Positions 47,801 through 56,649 of a stretch of 56,649 nucleotides of DNA are shown here, in pieces. The stretch is from Prorocentrum cordatum (lineage: Eukaryota): NCBI GenBank assembly GCA_963575745.1, contig CAUYUJ010000078.1:62001-118649 (forward strand), in the 5' to 3' direction. Below the pieces are notes generated by a model. That model was not told the DNA's origin, ran no database searches, and saw only the letters and a list, made by a program, of their open reading frames with translations. The translations under genes were made by a program, and so were the position numbers. How positions within the stretch are numbered: position 1 is the stretch's first letter; each line of letters starts with the position of its first letter.

Positions 47801-49856
47801 GTCCCCTGAGCTAGTTGCACGTATCGATGCGGTGTGGTCGGAATCTCTCGAGCGTGTGAAAAAAGGCTGGAATTTAGTTCGGGGGCCCCTAGGTGCTTTT
47901 CAAGCCTCAATTTTGGACCTCGGCTGGAGCTGCCCGTCGATCACGAGCTTGGTGGAGCCCAACGGTGACGAATGGGCCCTTCAAGATGCCGGCCTTGCTC
48001 CCCCCTCCTGCCTTCTTGATGCTTTCGAGGCCTCTGTGGAGGCTTCGATTTGGGAGCGAGCGGCGAAGCACCTTGATGGAGCTGGCTCTGAAGCTGGGGT
48101 CTGGTGGCAGCATGTAGTCTCCCTTGCCTCCAGGCTGGAAGCCGATGATAACCGCGCGATGGCGAGTATGGTCCGTCTCATTGCCTGTGGAGGCTATTGG
48201 ACTGAGCAGCGTAGGTTCGAGGCAGGCTACCGCTCGGATCCGGACTGCCAGAGGTGCAAGGCGGCTCCGGAGACCAGCTCCCATAGATTTTGGAGCTGCC
48301 AGTGCAACACGTATGAGGAGGCTTGGGCTCTCCAAGTAGGCAGTCAGCCCCCCCCGCCCGAAGTCGTGGCCACCAACCAGCTGATCCCCGAAGCCCTCCA
48401 GGAGGTTGGTAGCTGCCCAGTGTTCTGGTGCCGTGGACTGGTCCCCCTTGCTTGGTTGGAGCTCCCTCCTCCTCCCTCGTCCAAGGACCATGTCTGGATT
48501 CGACGGCCTGAGGGCACGCACCTCCCTGGGGGCATTTATGGGGTCGATGGCTCAGGGGGCATTTGGTCAAAGAGCTCACTTCTTCGGCGGGTGTCTTGGG
48601 CCTTTGCACGCCTGGATCCTGAAGGTCTTGATGGCCTAGGTTGGGACTCGGGGTGCACCGGTGTGGTCGACAGCCCTAAGCAGTCTGTGCCGAGGGCCGA
48701 GTTGTGTGCTATTGTCGAGTGCGTTAGGGCTGTCGACCATTCAGCGGATCTTTTTATCTGGTGTGATCACATCAATCATGTTCGATCCCTCAGCAAAGGG
48801 AGACACCACTGTTTTAAATTAGAGCACGCGGATTTGTGGCATGAGCTGTATGCTCTCCTGCACGTGCGTTCAGGCAGTTTTGAGCTGCAGCATGTACCGT
48901 CCCACTTGGCCGAAGATGAGACTAAGTTTCAGAGGCTGGCTGCAGGTGCCCCCCCTGGGGCTATCTTCATCAACTCAGTAGCGGACGGCCTTGCGGACTC
49001 TAGGTGCGAGCTTTGCCAGATCGCCCCTGATGTTTGCAAGAGAGCTCTCGACCTCGTCGCCAAGGCTGAGTCGGTTCTTCTCCGCAATGCGAGTTTGTCA
49101 ATTGCTGCTGCCTCATGTCCTCGTGTGCCGCTCCGAGAGGTCAAGCCCGTGCCAGTCCCTCCCGATGAGAGGCAGACTAAGAGGCGCGAGGCGGCAGCGG
49201 CAGCCTCCTCCCACCGTTTTCAGGCCATAGGTGCGGGCTGGCGTTGTCTCAGGTGTGGCAAGCTGGTCCTCTCCAGCAGCTCATCCGTCATGGCCTACCT
49301 GAGGACTGCCTGCCCCGCCCGCCCCCCCGGTCCCGCCCAAGAGCCTCCTGATGCAGAAGCTGGGGTTGAAGGCCAGGCCCCCTTTTTTCACCAGGGGGGG
49401 CGTGGCAAAAAGGCGGGGGGGTCTGGTGGAGGTGGAGGAAGGAGGCCAGGAGCTGTTGTGCTCTCGGATAAGTTTTTTAGGCTTCCGCCCATAGATGAGG
49501 CTCTTTTCAGGACTGTCTGTGGATCGCACCCGCCGAGGCGTCTTGAAGGCAGGGGATTTCTTGGCAAGATGCTTCACACCTCCCACGACTTGTGGGAGAA
49601 AGGCTCATATTGTTTTTGTAGTAAATGCGGACGGTACACGTCCTCTGCGAATCCTGGTTTTCTAACAGGTTTGTGTGAAGTCGACCAATATGGTCGACAT
49701 GATCTTGTCAAGGCGCAGTACACTTCGCTGCAGCGCCTCAGGAAGGGATTGCCTCCCAGGTGCGGAATCAGCTCCTGGGGTGAAGGGTACAGTGGGCACA
49801 GTGCCCCTACACCCTCAACCTCCTCTTGCAGTGGGGGTGGTCGGATCTCTTCGTGA
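44752..49856 (+). pseudogene. LINE ORF2: APE endonuclease, reverse transcriptase, CCHC finger, RNase H (one in-frame TAG, one frameshift)
   Basis: APE: YGNI, FVETR, AGVLIL, IYL, VGDWQ, KIDY, THL. TAG at 45529; frameshift at ~46100-46145. RT: GADG, KEDGGLRPIALL, LDMRKFYD, GILAGC, WVDD (47214-47225). CQRC...H..W.C finger. RNase H: VDGS, RAEL, WCD, HVPSH, NSVADGLA (~48535-48995). Start codon is uncertain. Confidence 0.9.
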
Positions 49857-51214
49857 TCCGTGTCTGTTTCACCAGGCGTTCAATCTCAGGTTTCCTGATG
49901 CTTGTGCTGCCTGCAGCTCCTAGCAAAAAATTCTCCTCCTCCTCCTCCTCCTCCTCCTCCTGCTCCTCCTCTTCCTCCTGCTCTCCTCCTCCTCCTCCTC
50001 CTCCCTCCTCCTCCTCCTCCTCCTCCTCCTCCTCCCCCTCCTCTCCTCCTCCTCATCCTATTCCTCCTCCTCCTCCTCCTCCTCCTCCTCCTCCTCCTCC
50101 TCCTCCTCCTACATCAGAGTTGAATGGATCTGCGTCGGACCGACGCCGGAGCATCGCATCGCGAAGGTCGACAGCACAACTACAGCGCGCGCCGCGCGAG
50201 GCCTCCAGGATTTGTTTCGTCAGAACTGTCCCAGCCCTCGTGGGGTTCGCGACTGGACCAGAAGTTGGGGGCCCGACCCTGGGAAGCACGACGGGGGGGG
50301 CGCCCATTCTCGATAGGGGTGCGCCCGAACAGCCCCCCTTGGGGGTTATCCTCATGTTGTTCCCAACGTACTTGAGGACCACAAGCCAAAAATAACCCCG
50401 AGCACCCCGAAAAGTATCCTGACAGCGTCTGCTCGACACGCTGGCAAAGCGCCGAACGAATATCGCCTCCCGGGGCCACACGCGTAAAAACCTGCAAAGT
50501 CGATACTTCCTTGCTGCTCGACGTCCTGTCTGGCGATCAAAACTACAGTGGATTGGAAGATCACAGCCCTTGGGGTGCATCCCAGTCTTCTGAGCGGCCA
50601 AACTTTTCGGGCGGAATTTGGGGATCGGGAGGGGAAAACCGGTTGCGAGAGAGAGTGCCGCGCGCCACGAGGACACGTCGGTGACAGAAGCTCGTCTGGA
50701 GCTCCGAACCCTTCGCAAAGAACGAAACATCCTGCGCCTCCAAATATCCTAGAAACGCTGGTGTCAGGTGTCTGGAACAGAACTGCCCCTGAAGCACTCT
50801 GCGTCTCGAAACCATCGGGACGGATGTTCTCCCTCCTGCCTCTCGGGGCCCTGGCCAGGCATCGGGACCATCTTGGAGGGTGAAAGAAGGGGTCTGCAAC
50901 AGGGGGTCTTCAATGGGGGCTGAATGGCCCATGTATGCTCAATGTATCCCTCATGTATGTGATCGGGTACGATTGGCATCCAATGTTGGCGGTCATGGAG
51001 GGCCAGTCGTTCGTGCCCGCGCGTTGCCCGCGCGGGCGCACGCGCCGTCCATCCATTATCATTCATGCGTGCGGGCGTTCTTGCATATTGCGCGTGGGGC
51101 GGCGAAGTGGAGTGCAAGTGTGTCTTGATTGTGCGATTGATGATCGCGTATGTTCCTAACAGATGACGTATCGACCCCCAAGACTGACTCGGAATGGGTC
51201 CCGCGATTTTCTCA

Positions 51215-51435
51215 AAATGTGAAGCCACATTTTCCTTTTTCCATCATGTGAAACCGCAATTCCTTTTTCCCAAAATGTGGATTCACATGGCCCCTTTTAA
51301 TAAAGATTCCTATACAAAACTCCTAAATGTGAATTCATATTTGCAATTTTTCCTAACTGTGAATTCACATTTTCCTATTTCCCAAAATGTGAATTCACAT
51401 CTTGCTTTTCCCTACAATGTGAATTCACATTTTGC
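51215..51435. repeat. ~30-bp tandem repeat with palindromic core ATGTGAATTCACAT
   Basis: Cores at 51327, 51357, 51387, 51417, with more degenerate copies upstream. Confidence 0.85.
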
Positions 51436-52250
51436 CCTGGCCTTCAAGATCCCCAAAACTGAGGTGCAGTGTTCCGCATGTAAGATTGGCTGGGCAGATT
51501 TTGACACTCACCTCACCGCTTTCGCTTATTCCAACCTTTCCTTTTTGCGCCCTCAGCATACGTTGCCTTCGTCGACTTTCCCGAGCCCCCCGCCCCCTTG
51601 CTTCGTTTCGCCTCAAGTCTCGCGCATGGGTGCAGGCGGGGAGCTTCAAGTGGTTCCCCCGCCGAACACAGCAAACGAAGATGTATCGCCCATTCATGGC
51701 CCAGAAAGACACCATGGCCGGGACCCTGCGCCCAACCCCCACTTCCACCCTCTGAATCACAACAGACGACTCGGGATGACAGACCGGTCCCAGGGAAGCG
51801 GTCGAGAGATCGAGGGCCCGCGTCTCGAAAAACTCGGAACGCCGGATGTTTGGGTATGTGGCAACTCATCGGAGCCTCCCATATAAAACAGGGCTAGGAT
51901 CGGGATAAATCGCTCCAGAGCGTTCCGGAGCGCTCTCAGAGCGTTCCGGAACGCTCTGGAGCGGCCGCGGCGCCCAACACATCCTCCAAACCCGCCGATT
52001 CTCAGAGATTTCGAGCTATCCCGATCCGATTTTGCCCCGATCTTCGCGTCGTTTTATGTTTGGGTATGTGGCAACTCATCGGAGCCTCCCATCCCGGGCG
52101 CCCGAGGACCGGGCCGCTCCCTTCTGGGGCCGGCCTCTCGTCCCGAGGCCTTCTTTAAGACGCTCCACAGGCCCGGCGAGGAGGGCCCCCGGAAGGCCGC
52201 GAACGTACAAAAGAGCCGCCCGCTCCAACATGTTCGGGGCGTCGGGTCTC

Positions 52251-52431
52251 TACAGTCGGGGCGTTGGCCTAAGGAACCCTAAAGAAGGAACGAGGCCCAT
52301 TTTTTCCATAAGCTGAACTTCGATTTCCCATCGAAAACATAAGGGAAAGCCTGAGGCAAGCTGCGAAGCACGTAAGGAACGCGGAGCCCCTCCCCAACGA
52401 AAAGGGTTCCTTCTTCAGCGCCCCGACTGTA
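52251..52431. mobile_element. Tc1/mariner-pogo-type MITE, copy 2
   Basis: Perfect TACAGTCGGGGCG...CGCCCCGACTGTA ends, i.e. TA target duplication plus a CAGT-starting TIR. Confidence 0.85.
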
Positions 52432-53860
52432 GGGTGCCTCCCAGCTGAGCAGCGATCAAACACGGGGCTTACGCGAGGTATCGTGGGGACCTCACGCGGT
52501 GGCTCACGCGGGCCGTCGGCGCGGTGCGCCACAGTAAAAACGGGGGCGCTCACGCGCGGCCTTGCGCGAGCAGCTTGCGCGCCAATGTCGGCGCAGACGA
52601 CCCCGTTTTGTGCCACACTGACACTCAGCTGGTTCCAGGGTCTGAGACTCCCCCAGCGCGAGGCGGCGCGAGGCGGCGGTGGGCAGCTCATGAGCATCGT
52701 TTATCCGACCCCCATCCCCAGCGGCGTGGCCTTGGGCCCACTGGCCGATTTACTCCCCTGGATGGGGAGATGGGCCGTCCCCTTCGGGCCTCGAGGGGTG
52801 CATCCCCAACTGGGGTGGTAATTTGGTGGGGGTCTCGGAGGGGCTGAGGGTGGGGATGGGGGTCGGCTAAACGATGCTGAGCGTAGGCGGCGGGCAGCTG
52901 ACGCGCCAATGCTGGCGCAGCCGAACCCGTGTTCGTTCCTTGCTCAGCTGGCTCGATCGATCCCCAGCAAAGGTCTCAACCCTTCCCCCGGGGACCGCAC
53001 TTTTCCATCCGGAGTCGATCTCTTAGACACGCGCGCTCCACGACTCGCAAAGTAACTCCTCGCAAATGGCCTGGATCCGCCAGTTTGCGAGCAGGCACTT
53101 TGCGAGCAGTGGAACGCGCTCGGTGATTTTCGACGGTCCCGAGGCCCGGCAAGGACCCCTGGAGGCCGAAGATAGTGAAAAACCTCGCGCTGTGTTTGTT
53201 TCGACTCGAGGGGGTCTGAGCAGCTGGAGCATGTTTTTTGTAGACTCTGGCAAATTTACTTGCATGGACGGGGGGGGGCTGAACCTGAAGCAAGCCGCCA
53301 ACGACCTGCGCGCGCGGAAATCACGCAAGTCGAAAGGCATCTGCACGCCTGTACTCGTTTGAATAGGGTCCAGGGAGGAGTGGGGGCGGGGGGGGGGGGG
53401 GGGCGAACGCCATGCAAGTAAACTCGCCCGAATCAGGGGAAACCAAAATCGAACCAATACCGCTACTCCCCGGACCTCTCTCCCAGTCGGCGGTGGACAA
53501 ACCTCCCTTTGGTAAACCTCCCCTTAGTGAAAGCGGCCTGGGACCGAAACCGACGGACCTAGACCCCCAAAAATGACGGCCGCGACGCCCTCTCGCGAAC
53601 CGAAAACGGCCAATTTCTTAATCGAAGTGTCAGGGTAATTAGGAGGTCTATCCACCTCCGACCCAAGATGCGTTTGGACCGGGGCCCGAGACTCCCCCGC
53701 AACACCGTGGCGAAACGGGCGGCATGCTGGGGGCCCAGCCTTCGGCGGGGCCGGCGCGCCGCCGGCCCCCGGCGGCGGCACCTCCCCCCGGGGGGGCCAC
53801 TTCGCCGCCCCGCCTCTGGCCTCCCGCTGCAGCGGCACTGGGTTTAACGGGCGAAGAACA

Positions 53861-54017
53861 GTATAAAATAAACTTTTTCGCTGTCAGGGGGCGCCTGTCC
53901 TTGGGCGGCTGGAAAGTTTATACCCTTACGGTGGCACCGTAGGGGCACCGTAGGGGTATAAACTTTCCAGCCGCCCAGGGACAGGCGCCCCCGACAGCGA
54001 AAAAGTTTATTTCATAC
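53861..54017. repeat. Long near-perfect hairpin (~70-bp arms)
   Basis: aaataaactttttcgctgtc...ggaaagtttatacccttacggtg pairs with caccgtaggggtataaactttcc...gacagcgaaaaagtttattt. Confidence 0.9.
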
Positions 54018-55229
54018 CGTGCGCTCGCTGATGGGTGGGCTTGTTTTCCACCACCACCGCTCCAGACAGGATGGCGTCGTGACAAAATCAGCACGGGCGG
54101 TAGTTCGCTGTTTCCGGTCCCTGAGGGCCCTCGCCGGTCACCGGGACCGTCCAAAACGGTTCACGATGAAAAACCGGCCCCGGGGAAAGGGTCTGGACTT
54201 CCAGGGACGCCGTCCTGAAAGAATCAGGACGTCGTATGTCTGGGACCACAAGTAGGAGGGGCACGGGGACTTCCTTCTCATTCTCTTCTTCTTCCTCCTC
54301 CTCCTCCTCCTTCCCCCCTCCAACTTAGGGTGGTGGTGGTGGAAAACAGGCCCATCAGCACTGGCTGCAATGAGCCTGTCTTTTCTAGATTCAGGCAAGT
54401 TTAGTCGCATGGCGTTCGCCCCCCCTCCGCTCTCGCCCCTCTTTAAACGAGTACTGGCGTGTGCAATTGTCTTTCGATTTGAGTGATTTTCGCACGCGCA
54501 AGTCGTTTGCGGCGTGCTTCAGGTTCAGGCCCCCCCGTCCATGCAAGTAAACGTGCCGGAGTCAAAAAAGCAAGCTCAATGCTACGTGCTCGACCAGGGG
54601 CAGAAGAACATCCCTGAGAGCAGGAGACCCTCCGCTGGCCAAAAGCACACCAGGCCAGAAGAACACCGAGGGTACCCTTCCCCAGGGTGCACAAGAACAT
54701 ACTTAAGGGGCCCAAGGACACACAGAGAAATACACACAAATACCAGGACTCCCAATATTGTTCCATATTTTCTGGATGTTTGTCTTCTCCCCCACTTCCC
54801 ATATTTTCCTATATTTCCTGGGGAATCGACGATTGATTGTGTCTCTGTTTTTTCCCTCCTGACATACGACAAGCACGAAGAACACGAAGCCCCCTGAGAT
54901 CTCGGCGTCTCAAATTTTCGAGCCGGGCGTCTTTACATGGCCTCGGGCCCTGGGACCCTCACATATTAAGGGGCCCCAGGACACACAAATACATACACAC
55001 ACAAATATCAGGATTCCCCATATCGTCCCATATGTTCTGGGTTCCTATCTCCCCCCCCCACTTCCCATGGTTTCCTCTATTTCCTGGGGAATCGACGATG
55101 AATTGTGTCTGTGTGCTTCTTCCCCTACTGGACATGTCGAGCCGGCTCGAGAAAGGGCGCAGAGAGAGGTCGGGTCTGGGGCTCCGGCCGTGACTTCCTA
55201 TGATTCGGGGACGGGCAGACCCCCCTTTA

Positions 55230-55350
55230 GTAAAACGAAGGATTGCAAAAAAACCAAGGATTGCAAAAAAAACAAGGGTTGTAAAAAAACCAAGGGTTTT
55301 TGTTGCAATCCTTCGTTGCAATCCTGGGTTTTTTTGCAATCTTTGGTTTA
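55230..55350. repeat. Foldback of GGATTGCAAAAAAA units
   Basis: aaggattgcaaaaaaacc repeats followed by inverted ttgcaatcc repeats. Confidence 0.75.
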
Positions 55351-55609
55351 GTGAAAACGACCTGAGGCCCAAACCTGGCGGGCGCAAGCCTGGAAAATGA
55401 CGGCCGCGGCGCCCTCTCGAGAACCGAAAACGGACAATTCACTAGACGACGTGTCACTGTTGGGGGTTCTGTCCACCCCCGAATGATGTTTCGATTCTTG
55501 GTCGCGCCGTCGGATCTCAGGGCTTGCGTGTTCGACCATGGACCCCGGGCTACCCCTCGCTCCCGGGCCGTCTTCGGCGTTTTTCGGCGGTCTTCGGACG
55601 GTTCAGCCA

Positions 55610-55750
55610 GGCCTTGCAGAATCCTGCAAGATCCTGCAAGACCCTGCACCCAAACCCGGGCTCACGCGAAGGACCCTGCAAGATCCTGCAGGATCCTGCG
55701 CCCAAACCCGGGTCAATGGGAGCCTGGCTCTGCAGGATCCTGCAAGATCT
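55610..55750. repeat. GATCCTGCA short tandem/palindromic repeats
   Basis: Directly visible. Confidence 0.75.
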
Positions 55751-56649
55751 GGCGCTCTGGCTGACCCCCGTTTGCATTGACCCCCGTCTCAAGGCTCCCG
55801 AACGGTGTTCGGCGGTTTCCGCCGGTTTGGCTGTTTCCAAACGTCCTTCGGCGCGAAAGCTTGATGGCTGCGTTCAAAAGGTGGTCCATGAGCGAACACC
55901 TCAGCACTGTGAAGCCCAGACATGCTCGCGTCGTGACAAACATCACGCATCACGGCGCGAAAATCTTGCCCGTTTTCGGCTTGGGGAAGCCCTGTCTGGG
56001 CTCACGGGACCGTCAAAACACGACTCGGGATGAGAAGCTGGTCCCGAAAACTGGTCTAGAACTCAAGGGGTCTGCGGGAGCACAGAAAACACGCGGTTGC
56101 ACACTCGAACCGCTCAAGCGGGGACCCCCATCCAGCAACAAACGCCCTTATAGTCCCCGAGGAACTCCAGCCCGAGAAGTCTAAGAAATCTAAGGGCCGC
56201 ATAAACATGCATGGGTGCTAGTTGTGGGGAAGCTGAAAAGCACCGATGCCGCTACTCCTAGGACCTCTCCCGGGGTGCGTTCTGACCAAGATCTCGAGGT
56301 GAATCCAGCGGTGGCGACCAGGGCCTGGGGGCCGAAAAAGGGGGAAAACGGGCGAGGGGCAGCGTATGGGTACCTTTTCCTCCTGTGAATTGCTAGTTAT
56401 CAGCTCGTGGCTGGTGGCGCTGTGAAGCGTGTCGGCCCGACCTCCTCTCGTTGTGGAAAAATACGACGCGACGTCTTCGGCAACTTCCTCGGCCTCCGGG
56501 AACCCTGGCTGGACCCAAAGGACCATCAAACAACGGCGCAGGAAGAGAAAAGCCTGCCCCAGGGAAGGAGGAGCAGGGGGAGGAGGCCGAGGAGGAGGAG
56601 GAGGAGGAGGAGGAGGAGGAGGAGGAAGGAGGAGGAGGAGGAGGAGGCC

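Larger units (their letters stand above)
43481..49930 (+). mobile_element. Full-length non-LTR retrotransposon (LINE): ORF1 plus APE-RT-RNase H ORF2
   Basis: Starts with a spliced leader, has two ORFs, a ~70-nt 3' UTR and an A6 tail (49925-49930); sharp boundaries against (CCT)n on both sides. Confidence 0.92.

Noticed and set aside
51215..51435. CRISPR-like appearance (palindromic repeat with variable linkers)
   Set aside because: The repeat (14 bp) and linkers (16 bp) are too short, the linkers resemble each other, there are no cas genes, and the context is eukaryotic.

Overview
Repeat-dominated eukaryotic nuclear DNA, almost certainly from a dinoflagellate: a perfect 22-nt dinoflagellate spliced leader lies at 43481-43502, and the background is GC-rich and full of microsatellites. 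Two large retroelements stand out. (1) 1-13385, minus strand: an unusually long Ty1/copia-order LTR retrotransposon that runs off the left edge before RT/RNase H. Besides Gag (CCHC knuckle), protease and integrase, its polyprotein carries cargo: a Tpt1/KptA RNA 2'-phosphotransferase domain with catalytic motifs present, a RING-H2 finger and a C5 cytosine-methyltransferase-like domain. A relic spliced leader sits just after the Gag knuckle, where the Gag-to-protease cargo region begins. The sense strand carries more than 25 covarying GCNNG-GNRA-CNNGC mini-hairpins. (2) 43481-49930, plus strand: a full-length LINE (ORF1; APE-RT-RNase H ORF2 with one stop and one frameshift). It begins exactly at the spliced leader, ends in a short A-tail and sits inside a (CCT)n microsatellite. 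The rest holds a decayed pogo/Tc5-like transposase split by a microsatellite block, several MITE-like inverted-repeat elements, tandem and dispersed repeats, and a few unidentifiable coding relics. All domain calls come from motifs read by eye; no searches were run.
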